64,000 bases of DNA from Macrostomum lignano. Its lineage: Eukaryota. The first letter of the stretch is position 1. Every line of letters begins with the position of its first letter. The notes beneath the pieces were generated by a model, which worked only from the letters and a program-made list of their open reading frames with translations, was not told the DNA's origin and searched no databases. This document shows, one piece after another, positions 24,763-38,787 of the stretch. The stretch is from assembly GCA_002269645.1 (NCBI GenBank), contig NIVC01000406.1, positions 446,724 through 510,723 of the forward strand, given 5' to 3'. The position numbers and the translations under genes are program-made.

Positions 24763-25251
24763 ATGTCCGCCCATCGTTCTGCCGCCGCAGCAGCTCCGAA
24801 CGAGCTGGACGCTGAGACCGTCGGCTTCCTGATGGAGGCCAGCCGGCTCAGCGCGGAGGAGCTGCGGTCGCTGTACGCGCAGTTCAAGGCCTCGCAGCCT
24901 GGTGGGCGAACCTCGGACTTCATGAACTACGTGTCCAAGTCGCAGAGCTCCAGCGCGCAGCTGCGCAAGAAGGCGCACCAGTTCTTCGACTTGTTCGACA
25001 GGAACAAAGACCGCAGCATCAGCCGGGACGAGGTGCTGAGCATCATGCACTCCGTGTTCCTCACGGCCAAGGACCGCGGCGTCCAGCTCAACAGGCAGCC
25101 CGAGGACGTCTGCGACGAGTTCTTCAGCAAGCTGGACGTCGACGGCAACTGCGAGATCTCCGAGGAGGAGTTCGTCCAGGGCGTGCTGTCCGAGCCCGAC
25201 CTGCTGAAGATCCTGCAGAATCCCGAGGTGATGAACACTCTGAGCAGCTAG
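24763..25251 (+). CDS. EF-hand calcium-binding protein, neuronal calcium sensor (NCS/recoverin)-like, 162 aa, single coding exon
   Basis: Two EF loops DRNKDRSISRDE and DVDGNCEISEEE; NCS-like N-terminus (LDAETVGFLMEASRLSAEELRSLYAQFKASQPGG) and C-terminus (EEFVQGVLSEPDLLKIL); GC3 bias; 5'UTR donor GTGAGT at ~24471 and CAG acceptors just before the ATG. Confidence 0.88.
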   Translation: MSAHRSAAAAAPNELDAETVGFLMEASRLSAEELRSLYAQFKASQPGGRTSDFMNYVSKSQSSSAQLRKKAHQFFDLFDRNKDRSISRDEVLSIMHSVFLTAKDRGVQLNRQPEDVCDEFFSKLDVDGNCEISEEEFVQGVLSEPDLLKILQNPEVMNTLSS

Positions 25252-25705
25252 CCGCGGTCTGGCTAGCTCTTGACTTTCCCCGCCACCTGCACAGAGCGCT
25301 GCGCTAACACTGCCTGTGCACCGCTTCCTCCCTCCCTGCCCGGGCCTTTGCGCTGGAGTCCTGGCTGGCAGCGAGCCTGCCGCCCGTCCCTCCCTGCCCC
25401 CCCCCTTATCTTGTCAGCGTTGGATGCGACGTGCAGAGAATTGCACAGTGCAGCCCCTTCGTCTCTGTGCAGCCCCGCGCATCTTTTCTGTCGGCCTCTC
25501 TTACCGCCCGGCAGTCCTCTGCTATTAGCTCTGTCTGTCTTTTGTAAAGCTCTTTCGACTTGAACAGGTAAATGTTTAATAACAAATATTTGCAACTTGA
25601 AATTCTGCGCCTACAAGTTTTGTCTAACTGTGCTAAACGTTATTTTTTTTCTTTAAACTTTTCAATTTTACTGCGAGAAAGAAACTCAATCGTCTGGATC
25701 GACTA

Positions 25706-26155
25706 AGGGGCGTCGCCATGGATTCTATGGTGGGGGGACAAAGCCGGGAATTCTATTGTACATGTACATTTTTTCAGAATCAGTGTTGTAAACGCTCATT
25801 TTGGCGCCGCAGGCATTCATTTTGGCGCCGCAGGCATTCATTTTGGCGCCGCAGGCATTCACTTTGGCGCCGCAGGCACTCATTTTGGCGCCGCAGGCAT
25901 TCATTTTGGCACCGCAGGCACTCATTTTGGCGCCGCAGGCATTCATTTTGGCGCCGCAGGCATTCATTTTAGCGCTGCAGGCACTTATTTTGGCGCCGCG
26001 GGCGCTATGTTGAGTCGCCCTGAAGAAAAATTTTTGATTTCCAAATCGGGTCACAAGGTGGGAGTGGGAGGAGGACAAAGGATTGGCATGTCCCCCGATA
26101 GCTTTTACTGGGGGGACATGTCCCCCCCTGTCCTCCCTCCGGTGGCGACGCCCCT
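25706..26155. mobile_element. Non-autonomous MITE-like element with 13-bp TIRs (AGGGGCGTCGCCA) carrying a 21-bp tandem array
   Basis: AGGGGCGTCGCCA at 25706-25718 and TGGCGACGCCCCT at 26143-26155; internal (TTTTGGCGCCGCAGGCATTCA)n at ~25797-25998; no clear TSD. Confidence 0.7.
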
Positions 26156-26823
26156 GGGATCGACAAAGTGGGAAGGCCCGTTTCACTGAACCCTGAGCAC
26201 TCGCGTTGATGCGTACGCTGGCTCATTTTCACATAGGATCTGAGTAGAAGTGAGTGCGGCCGCTAACAGAATCGAACTTGGGAAACTCGACTAGTGCCTC
26301 CTCTAAGCCTTCTGGACTCAAAATTGAATGGTGATTTTAATATGCTTTGAGCCCCCCTCTCGATAAAAGCTGCTGGGCTGCAGCGGTCCAGCTAGCAGTA
26401 ATTAAAAAGCCGTGGCGGAACGGAGCTGCGAGTTCCTTGGGCGACGAAAACGATATATTTTTCATTAAAATATCAGCGGCGACGAATGCGCAGTTAATGC
26501 AGCGGCGCGGGTTTCTGCCGCGAGTGGGGTGGTCGGTTTAAAAATGCAGCTTTTCTTGCTGGATTTGCTGGATCCGCGCTTCCGCTTTGTCTCTCCGCCG
26601 GAATTTCTGCTTCCATTTGGAGGAAGAATAGCAGTTTTTTGGGGGATTTTTGTAGCTCGCGCTACAATGGGATCGGTGAGCTACCTCATCACCTCTGCAT
26701 CCGCGATGTCTGATCTGTGAGCAGAAATTGAGCGATATATCCGATATATTTTATTTCAAGCAATCAAAGCTCATTGCTAAGGTTGAACGCACTGGGAGCG
26801 TGACTATTTTATCGATTTTTTAA

Positions 26824-29800
26824 CAGTAGAAAGACCAGGCTATTTTTCCCCATGGGGAAAGACCACGGGGTGTATTACAAATACACACGACCGCTTTCAC
26901 GATAGCTCGCAAACCGAATTACCGATCTTCGTAAAAGTCCACCATATGGATAAAAATTTTTCGCCCTTTCCGATGAACTAACTTTCAAAGTCATCCGACG
27001 TCAGCATCGTCGAGATATTCAACGATTCTTGTCGAAGACACTGGTGGCAAGGACAACCAACACTACACTTGTATAAACCTTTATGCTAAATCCATATTAG
27101 CTCAATAATCTGAGTCCATCTGTCGTAGAGGCCTTTGTTCTCAGCATCCTAGGCACCAGGGTCCCCTTCATCACCGTCTGGAGCATCGGCGGTGACTGTC
27201 GGGACCTTCAACAAAAGCACCCGTTCGGCGTCTCAGAGGCGGCTGCGTTCCCAAAACTGAAATGGAAGAATCCTCTTCTGCATGCGGCATTCAGTCAGTA
27301 GACACAATCGGTGAATGAAATGGACGATGGCGACCCTCTAGGCTGACCTGTAGACATACAGGCGACCTTCTGGACCTTCAACGGAGTGCCACCCATGCGG
27401 CCCCGACGAGCTGGCACCCCCAAAATCGTGATTTTTCTATCAAGGCTCCAAACTAGGCATGTCTGCATATTATACAATGGTCCTGCACCATGTTAAATTG
27501 GAGAGTTACAGATTTAACGCGTGACTGAAAAATATAAAATAGACTCGCGTTCTGACTAAGAATATCAAATTCACGACTCTCAATCCTGATTGGCTAGATT
27601 ACCCCTGCAGGTATACCCTCACTTCGTCTCAACTTCCATTCTGACGCACGTGTCCGCTGGGCCCATTAATTTAATTAGTTTAATCTTTCTGATACTTTTC
27701 AGCTTAGCTTCGCCAAATCTCTCGCACGTGGCATAAACTGTTGCTGCTTGGGTAAACGTCTTATAAATTCTGCTTCTCGTCCAAACTGGAACACATACAT
27801 CCGGTAGAATCAAATTCTCCTGCTTCTGAATGGCAGAGACTCTTGCTGACAGCGATTCGGATGAAGAGTTTTCTCCAGATAAGAGTGGTCCAGATGAAAG
27901 AAAAATTCTGTTCGACATTTCTCATGACCCAATCAACTGGTCCCAAGTCCCCCCACATCCAAGACGATGGGCTAGTGACAGTCTTTCTCGGTTGACAGAC
28001 GAACTGAATCCACGCATTAATTGGAAGGAGTGCGCTGAAACGGAGAGCGGCACACTGATGGGCTTCTTCGATGACTCCATACTGGATTTGATCACAGCTG
28101 CAAACGAATGAGAGCATCAGCTCAACATGTGGAGACTCAGCTGAGCTGGCAAGCAGAATGGAGATTGAGGGGCTAATCGGTGCTCTACTGTACAGCGGAG
28201 CCAACGATCTGCGCAATGTCACCCTGATAGACTTGTGGAGCACTGATGTGAATTCTGGCTACCATCCACTGCTGCAGTGTGCGTTCAGCCGAAATCGATT
28301 TCAACTACTTTGGTGCAACCTGTGCTTCGAAACTGTCGAACATCGTCAGCGGACTGCCACAACGGACAAGCTCTACGGCATCCGACGCCTGTGGGACACC
28401 TTTGTCAGTCAGCTGCGCCATCCTGTCCTTGCCGGGCCGTACCTCTGCGTCGACGAAGCTCTGGTTGTCTACTGGGGTGTGGACTGTGACTTCACGGTTT
28501 TTCTGAAGGAGAAGCCCGGTCGCAATGGTGCCAAGCTGTTCCTGCTGACATCGGCTGAAAATCCCGAGATTCAGGATGACATGGACATCCGCTATGTGTT
28601 CAATGCGGAAATCTGCACTGGCAAAGGAACAATGCTGTCCACTACTTTTGCATCACAGGAATCCGATGCTCGGCTGGCCAAGGGCTCAGAGGTGTGGAGT
28701 GGTGAGCAAGTTGTTTGCGACTATGGCTGATCCATTCAGAAGACACTGGTACAGCATCACATGTGACAGATTCTTCTCGAGTCTTGCGCTGGCCAATCAC
28801 TTGTACCGAGAAATGAGATTCACGTTTCTTGGAACAGTGATGCGCACTCGTGGTGGCCTGCCAGCCGATCTCAAGAATTCAACTCAAACCATGGCTCCAC
28901 ACACGAGCGAATTCCGGTTTTCTGAGGAGCTCACGTGTGTGTCCTACTGCCCTAAGGCGGGCCGAAACGTGATGTTGCTGTCCACCATGCACCACGACAG
29001 ACAACTGCTTCCCAATGGCAAGCCTGTAGCAATAGGCACGTACTACAATTCTACCAAGAGTGGCACGGACACCTGCAACAGGATGTTCCGCACATCCGAA
29101 TGCAAGCGAAAGTCCGACTCATGCGAGAAGGCAATCTTCTCCGGCGGCATACTCAACATAGCAGCTGTAAATGCCGCTGCCATCTGGAGACTGGCGCACC
29201 CGGAGCTCTGCGCCTCGCCGAACTATCGCAACGAGTTCCAGCGCAAGGCAGCTGCGCGACATCTGCAACCTCTGATCGAGAAGCGCTCGCAATCGGCCGC
29301 TCTTCTTCAGAATCTGTCCAATCATCACCGGCTGATGATCCAGCTCGCAGGTTGTCAAATCAACGACGAGCAAATGAAGGAACAGGCAAGCGTGCCTTGA
29401 GTGCGACAACAAGGAAGTGTTGCATATGTGATGAAGGAATTTGCCGAAGACACACTGCGATGAAAATTGACTCCGCTTTTGTGTCTATGTGTCGGTGTTC
29501 AGATCCTTTGCACTGAATTTGCTGTAATGTCATTTTTGACATGCTGTAATATCATTTTTGACATGCTGTAATATCATTTTTTACAAATTAAATATTTTAT
29601 TTTTTCAGTCGCCAGTTAAATCTGTAACTCTCCAATTTAACATGGTGCAGGACCATTGTATAATATGCAGACATGCCTAGTTTGGAGCCTTGATAGAAAA
29701 ATCACGATTTTGGGGGTGCCAGCTCGTCGGGGCCGCGTGGGTGGCACTCCGTTAAGGTCCAGAAGGTCGCCTGTATGTCTACAGGTCAGCCTAGAGGGTC

Positions 29801-30293
29801 GCCATCGTCCATTTCATTCACCGATTGTGTCTACTGACTGAATGCTGCATGCAGAAGAGGATTCTTTTATATTTCAGTTTTGGGAACGCAGCCGTCTCTG
29901 AGACGCCGATCGGGTGCTTTTGTTGAAGGTCCCGACAGTCACCGCCGATGCTCCAGACGGAGATGAAGGGGACCCTGGGGCCTGGGACGCTGAGAACAAA
30001 GGCCTCACGACCGATATGCATAGTTTGTTGAGCCGACGTGGTTTCATGATGAGATTTTGTGAGCAGAAAAATTTTGCCAATGTTGGTGGTTTTTGTCACC
30101 AGACACCCCGAGGAGAATCGTTGAATATCTCGACGATGCCGATAATTCGTGATTCTCGAAGTTGCTTCATCGAATAGAGCGGAAAATTTTAGCCCGTGTT
30201 CTGGATTTTCATGGCAATCGGTTAAATATTCTTGGAGATCCAGACAAAGGAAAATGTGTGTATTTAAAATACACCCCCATGGTCTTTCTACTG
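26824..30293 (+). mobile_element. piggyBac DNA transposon (decayed), TTAA TSDs, long composite inverted ends
   Basis: TTAA(26820-23)+CAGTAGAAAGACCA ... TGGTCTTTCTACTG+TTAA(30294-97); internal transposase remnants. Confidence 0.95.
27830..29516 (+). pseudogene. piggyBac (PGBD4-like) DDD transposase, frameshifted
   Basis: Split over frames 27830-28111, 28158-28730, 28576-29400 and 29100-29516; acidic N-terminus SDSDEE, FSRNRF, LCVDEAL, KPGRNGAK, ITCDRFFSS, GTVMRTR, YNSTKSGTD, degenerate C-terminal Cys/His domain. Confidence 0.9.
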
Positions 30294-30344
30294 TTAATGC
30301 GACTGGGTCCGCGAGTTACCGATATCCCTAGTGCCTTTTGGAGT

Positions 30345-30430
30345 GACTTGAGAGTGACTGCGAGAGCGACTGCGAGAGCGACTGCGAGAGTGGCTGAGAA
30401 AATGACTGCGAGAGTGACAGCGAGAGTGAG
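30345..30430. repeat. 12-bp repeat GACTGCGAGAGC/T
   Basis: Visible, ~7 copies. Confidence 0.8.
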
Positions 30431-30929
30431 CTCATTGGCGACTCACATCTTTCTGCCAGCTAAGCAGGCGGGAGGGCCTTCGGGCGTGGTCCCGATCTCC
30501 TTCGATCGGCTCAAGTCACAGGGAGCAGAAGAGGATGAATGGAGGGCAAAAGCCGTGAAATTCGAGTTGCAGCCCTGAATGGGATGGAGAATTGGGAGAT
30601 CAGCAGAGACGATAAGGCTCGGGAACGGGATGCGCGAGACAAATAGGAGAGAAGAATTCAGAGAGAGAGATCAGGAGGCTTTAATCCGATTTAATCTGAT
30701 TAAGGACCTGTTTACCGGTCAGGTGTGACACAAGGATCACCTTAGAATAACGAATTCAAAAGCAGCATTGGGAAACTACAAGCGCAGAATTGAAATCGCA
30801 TATGAGCCTAACATTAATAAAGTAACAGAATCTGTCGTGAGACTTTCCGCTTATAATTTGAGTCTAAATCTAGAGTATATTTTTACTGGAAATGTGAGTG
30901 TGACGTTTCTTAGAATACATGCAGCATAG

Positions 30930-31340
30930 GAATTCCCCTTAGCATGCTAGAGAAGCGTTCCAAGGTCACTCAAAATAGCATTGGAATTCCCCCAGCAGGC
31001 AAGGTAGATTTTCCAAGTTCTACAAGGAATGCATTCGAATAAAATCACTAGACATGTGTGTAACGTCGCCAAGAATATATGCATTCCCCTTAGGAATTCC
31101 CCTTAGCATGCTAGATAAGCGCGTCAAGGTCGCAAAGATTAGATTCGGGATTCCCCCAGCATGCACGAGAAGCGTGCCAAGGTCGCAAGATTCGGGATCC
31201 CCCCACTATGCGCGAGAAGCGTGCCAAGGTTGCAAAATTAGATTCTGGATTCCCCACAGCATGCACGAGAAGCGTGTCAAGGTCACAAATATTTGATTCG
31301 GGATTCCCCCAGCATGCAAGAAAGGCGTGCCACAAGGTAA
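30930..31340. repeat. Degenerate ~50-bp tandem repeat (GATTCCCCCAGCATGCACGAGAAGCGTGCCAAGGTC...)
   Basis: Visible recurring motif. Confidence 0.75.
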
Positions 31341-31789
31341 AAAAAAATGCATTCGAGATTCCCTCAGTATGTAAAAAACGTATCAAGTGTCAAGGCCACA
31401 GCGGAGACTTTTTCACTACGTTTTTTCCTTTAGTCTAAGATTGCAGGCAGAAAAATTGTGTGATATGTTGAACTCAAACGAAAACAAAACATTTCACTCA
31501 TACTACTTCATAAAAGAGTAGTACCATAAATGAAAAATAATTTTTCTTACAGATCATAGATCTAATAACCAGCTTGAAATAACTAGCACTTCAGAACTGC
31601 TCATTAGCTGAGGTGCTGCTCTACTAATCCTCATTTGGAAGAGCTCTCAGGGCGCACGGCACGGGCGTAGCTTTTTTTAAGTTTGCTTTTTGCAGTTTCT
31701 GCCTGACCTGATTTTTTATTTTCAGAATTTCAAGCATTCAAGTTCGTGCTATCCTGGACTTGTTCTCAGCCTGTTTTCTTCACCTTACT

Positions 31790-32245
31790 GTTGATGCTGT
31801 CACTCTGTCTGTCCCGCTCTCAGCACTCTGTTCACTCCTGCTGCAGCTGATGCTGTTACTCTGTCTGTCCCGCTCTCAGCACTCTGTTCACTCCTGCTGC
31901 AGCTGATGCTGTCACTCTGTCTGTCCCGCTCTCAGCACTCTGTTCACTCCTGCTGCAGCTGATGCTGTTACTCTGTCTGTCCCGCTCTCAGCACTCTGTT
32001 CACTCCTGCTGCTGTTGATGCTGTCACTCTGTCTGTCCCGCTCTCAGCACTCTGTTCACTCCTGCTGCTGTTGATGCTGTTACTCTGTCTGTCCCGCTCT
32101 CAGCACTCTGTTCACTCCTGCTGCTGTTGATGCTGTCACTCTGTCTGTCCCGCTCTCAGCACTCTGTTCACTCCTGCTGCTGTTGATGCTGTTACTCTGT
32201 CTGTCCCGCTCTCAGCACTCTGTTCACTCCTGCTGCTGTTGATCC
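31790..32245. repeat. 56-bp minisatellite, ~8 copies
   Basis: Unit CTGATGCTGTTACTCTGTCTGTCCCGCTCTCAGCACTCTGTTCACTCCTGCTGCAG visible. Confidence 0.93.
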
Positions 32246-32989
32246 TGTCAAGCACCTGTGCAGTGTTTACTTTTCCATAAAGGCAGGTTAGTGCTCGCAA
32301 ATTGACTGGAGTAGCCAAGCTAGTTACGGAAAGGACAAAACCTGTATGCCTGGAGCGGCACGAACAGCAAACAAGGTCAGGACCGAGCCGCCATGGAAAT
32401 TGCTGGGTTTTCGGAGTCGCGCGCTTATGGCAAAGATGTTGCTGCTGCTCAGAGGTTGTAAAAACAGCCATCAGTGAGCCCGCTACTTATCGTATGCGAA
32501 GGGGCCCCGGCTGTGGGAGCATTAATCTTAAAACTGTACCTCAAATTCATAGTTTTGAGGTCTGCTCACCACCTGATCCCAGCACTGGCAAATCCTTCGC
32601 TGCCGCAAAATGCACTGCCGAAATGGGAAATTTTCAGCATTTGGCAAAAATCGACCGAGAGGGTTGGTTCGCGCGTTTGCTAATGTGCTTGCCAGTCTTC
32701 AATTTACATGTACTTTTGAATCAAACCCAGGCAGTTCTTCAGTATACAGATGATAAAGCTGAAGAGTGCAGCCGTCAGTTAACTCGAAATCCTTCATTTT
32801 CAGCTGCACTGCTTTTTGTACGGGTTGGATTTATTGTGGACAAATGTATTGTACAATGTGCTTCTGGCAAGTGCTTAAGAACAGGATCAATAAGACAATG
32901 CTTTAGACTCAGTCTGAAGAGATGCGGAAGAGAGTTCTGGCAGGTAAATTTGCAGACTTTTTCGAATAGTAAGTGATTATCTCCCTCTT

Positions 32990-34420
<1,431 letters not shown>

Positions 34421-34538
34421 TTCTTTTTTCTCTTATCCCAGCTTCACCTCCTTCTTCTTTCATCTGCTCCCCTATTCTCAGAATTCTCTCCATGCATTTC
34501 TCCCATAGTCAGGTCTCTTCCCACTGTCCCAGCGGCAG

Positions 34539-35131
34539 TCAGAAGTTCTGATAGCCCGCAAACAGCTCGCCAGAATCCAGTCGATGGTGCTCTCGTACAG
34601 CTGCCGGACGGCGCAGTACTTCTCCTCGCCCATGCTGTCCGCCACGGCCTCCAAGAACGGCTCCCGCATGAGCCAGAAGTGCTCGGCCTCGAAGTCCAGG
34701 AACAGGCGGTGCGTCCTGCCCGTGTACCACAGCCGGCGGCCCACAGCGTCAGGCTCGTGCAGCCCGCTGATGGCCTCGTCCAGCAGGCTCATAACCGTAG
34801 CCGCGTGCCGCTGCAGGTCGGGGTTGTCGGCCGTCAGGCAGCCGCTGCTCAGGCCGCTCGGACTCACCAGGCTGCTGCTGAAGTTGCGGAAGATGCCGAG
34901 CAGCAGGGGCCGCTTCTGGAACAGCAACAGGAACATGCGGACCCCGGCCTGGCACACCTGCTGCTGCACCGCCACCCAGGAGGCTCTGAGCTGGGCGAGG
35001 TCCTCAGGCTCCGACACAGGGCACTGCCAGCGCACTGGCTGCGGGTGGCGCCGGGGTCGGGGGCCGCCTGGCTGGGCCTTGCCAGGCGGCGTCGGGCTGG
35101 ATGAAGCCGCTACAGATGCTGAGCAGCCCAT
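34539..35131 (-). CDS. GbX: Globin, globin X-like (N-terminal MGC acylation motif), intronless; probable -1 frameshift at ~34570
   Basis: MGCSASV N-terminus; A-helix LRASW, B10 RMFLLLF, CD1 Phe (IFRNF), E7 His (LQRHAATVM), F8 His (TGRTH), G-helix EAEHF; the H helix continues as ELFAGYQNF* in the adjacent frame (stop 34539-41). Confidence 0.88.
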
Positions 35132-35459
35132 GCTGGCGGTGTCGGGAGTGACAGGTGAAGGGGCTGATCGCATCCGATTCCTGAAGCGGCGCGGGGTCGA
35201 GGATAAATCGGAGTTGAGGTACCAGTCGCTCGCTTCTGATTGGCTGGCTGTGCAGCCCCCCCCATGATTCTTCGGCTTCCGAGTCCGCATGAAGCAGTCG
35301 GGCAGGCAGCGCACGTACAACACGTAGTTGATCGTTTTGTGTTTTTTTCTAAATTGAGTAATTAGAATTCAAAAAAAATATTTATAATTAAAAAACTGAG
35401 CAAAAACCGAACTCACACAGGGTGCCTTTTGAAGGCAAGGTTGCTATTGTTTTAGAAGA

Positions 35460-37660
35460 CGAGACAGAGATAAAGACACAGATAGAAATAGAGACAGACA
35501 CAGACACAGATACAGACACAGACACAGACACAGACACAGATACAGACACAGACACAGATACAGACACAGACACAGACACAGACACAGACACAGACAGAGA
35601 CAGACACAGATACAGACACAGACACAGACACAGATACAGACAGAGACACAGACACAGACACAGACACAGACAGAGACAGACACAGACACAGAGACAGACA
35701 CAGACAGACACAGACACAGACACAGACACAGACACAGATACAGACACAGACACAGATACAGACACAGACACAGACACAGACACAGACAGAGACAGACACA
35801 GACACAGATACAGACACAGACACAGACACAGATACAGACAGAGACACAGACACAGACACAGACAGAGACAGACACAGACACAGACACAGATACAGACAGA
35901 GACACAGACACAGACACAGACAGAGACAGACACAGAGACAGACACAGAGACAGACACAGACAGAGACAGACACAGACAGACACAGACACAGATACAGACA
36001 CAGACACAGAGACAGATACAGACACAGAGACAGACACAGATTGACACAGAGACAGACACAGATTGACACAGACACAGACACAGATACAGACACAGACACA
36101 CACACAGATACAGACACAGACACAGATACAGACACAGACACAGACACAGACACAGACAGAGACAGACACAGACACAGATACAGACAGAGACACAGACACA
36201 GACACAGATACAGAGACACAGACACAGACACAGACACAGACACAGATACAGACAGAGACACAGACACAGACACAGACACAGACACAGACAGAGACAGACA
36301 CAGAGACAGATACAGACACAGAGACAGACACAGATTGACACAGAGACAGACACAGATTGACACAGACACAGACACAGATACAGACACAGACACAGACAGA
36401 GATAGAGACAGACACAGATACAGACACAGACACAGACACAGATACAGACACAGACAGAGACAGACACAGACACAGATACAGACACAGACATAGACACAGA
36501 CACAGACAGACACAGACATAGAGACAGACACAGAGACAGACACAGCAGAGACAGAGATAGAGATAGAGACAGACACAGACACAGAGACAGACACAGACAC
36601 AGACACAGAGACAGACACAGAGACAGACACAGAGACAGAGACAGACACAGAGACAGACACAGATACAGACACAGACACAGACAGAGACAGAGACAGACAG
36701 ACTGACACAGACACAGACACAGATACAGACATAGACACAGACGCAGACAGAGACAGAGATAGAGACAGACACAGACAGAGACAGACACAGACAGACACAG
36801 ACACAGAGACAGATACAGACACAGAGACAGACACAGATTGACACAGACACAGACACAGATTGACACAGACACAGACACAGACACAGACACAGACACAGAC
36901 ACAGACACAGACACAGACAGACACAGACACAGAGACAGACACAGACACAGAGACAGATACAGACACAGAGACAGACACAGATTGACACAGACACAGATAC
37001 AGACACAGACACAGATACAGACACAGACACAGACAGAGACAGAGACAGACATAGACTGACACAGACACAGACACAGACAGAGACAGAGACAGAGACAGAG
37101 ACAGACACAGACTGACACAGACACAGACACAGATACAGACACAGACACAGACACAGACAGAGACTGACACAGAGACAGACACAGACTGACACAGACACAG
37201 ATACAAATACAGACACAGACACAGACACAGACAGAGACAGACACAGACAGAGACAGAGACAGACAGAGACAGAGATAGAGACAGACACAGACAGACACAG
37301 ACTGACAGACAGAGACAGAGATAGAGACAGACACAGACAGACACAGACTGACAAAGACACAGACACAGAGACAGACACAGACACAGACACAGGGACAGAC
37401 ACAGAGACAGACACAGACAGAGATAGAGACAGACACAGAGACAGACACAGACAGAGACAGAGACAGACAGAGATAGAGACAGACACAGACAGACAGACTG
37501 ACAAAGACACAGACACAGAGACAGACACAGACACAGACACAGGGACAGACACAGAGACAGACACAGAGACAGACGCAGAGACAGACACAGACACAGATAC
37601 AGATAGACACAGACAGATACAAACACAAAGAGATGTTTCCCAATCTGTATCTCTATATCT
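35460..37660. repeat. (ACAGAC)n-type hexamer microsatellite, ~2.2 kb
   Basis: Visible. Confidence 0.97.
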
Positions 37661-38029
37661 GTCTCTATCTATGACACGGACAGTGATGGAGATCACGCTG
37701 CGGCAGTGTCTATTTGTAGAAGATCGCTGAGCCATATACTTGGCGAGCGGTGTTGAAGAGAGGCTGAGAGATGATGCCACAAAGAATTCTCAGTTGATTC
37801 TTTAATCAGCAGGCCTTTAATTATTGATTCTCCCATATAATTGAATATGATATTTGAACAATTTTCCCCAGCAAGTCTGATTATAGAGGCATCAGAGCGA
37901 CCCGCTGAGGCTGCGGCGGACCGGGCCATCACGCAATGCTGCAGCATCCGGGACATCAAAATTTAAGCGGCAATTTTCGACAAGAACTGCAGTCCACTGA
38001 GATTTAGCATCCCGCTCTCCAAATTCTAT

Positions 38030-38230
38030 GCTTCTCTCCTCTCTCTTTTATCTCTTTACTCTTCTCTCTTTTTTCTTCTCTCCTCTCATATCTCTTCTCT
38101 CTTTTTTATTCTCTACTTTCTCTTCTCTTCTCTCTCCTCCTTTCTCTCTGTCCTCTCTCTCATCTCTCCTCTCTTCTCTCTCCTCTTTTCTTCTCTTCGC
38201 TCTCCTCTTCTACGTCTCTCTCATCTTGCA
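38030..38230. repeat. CT-rich low-complexity tract
   Basis: Visible. Confidence 0.8.
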
Positions 38231-38773
38231 CTCTTTGCTCCCACTGGATTCTCTCTTTCCAGTTTTGTTTTGAGAAGATTTTGTGGCAGGTCAAAATAAG
38301 CAGCCCAGCACCTCTCCATGCCTCACACCCGTTAGGGTGAGGCCGGCACCCCAGCGCCGCAGCTGTAAAAGTGCACTAATTAGCTGCCAACTCGAACAGA
38401 GCCGATTTGCTTTGCTCGCCGAAGCGAGAAGGCTGCCCACCCCAGTCCGCATTCCCGCACCCTACAGCTCTGCCTCCCCGCCCACTGCGTGTGCTGGCCC
38501 AGCTGCTGCCAAAGAAAGAATGAGAGAAACATTTTAGCAGAAGTCGGCAGCTCAACCGGCTGAGCTCTTTGTGAAACGGGAAAAATGAAACCAAAGCCAG
38601 TAGGGCACGCGGAGTTGTAAAAGAAGGCGGATACAGGTTTCTAGGCTAATAGCAGTGCGGACCTGCTGCTTGTGCCTCGAGCATCAAAAATGCCTCATCA
38701 CGTGACTTCAACAGGGAAGCTGCAGTGCCGGCTTCTGTGCCCCAGCTGCCAGAGGGAGTTTACCCTCTCGGCT

Positions 38774-38787
38774 GTTGCCATGGCAAC
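38774..38787. promoter_or_regulatory. Perfect palindromic RFX X-box GTTGCCATGGCAAC
   Basis: Exact match to the canonical X-box palindrome at the 5' end of a ZNF474-like gene model. Confidence 0.7.

Noticed and set aside
30430-30730. LTR/PBS-like segment (TGGCGAC at ~30436; TGTGACA at ~30724)
   Set aside because: No second LTR, TSD or gag/pol remnant nearby.
32302-32976. 224-aa ORF
   Set aside because: Lacks the GC3 bias of the real genes here, has a TTG start and no motif.
37693-37959. 88-aa minus-strand ORF upstream of the globin
   Set aside because: No motif, weak codon bias and no supportable splice link.
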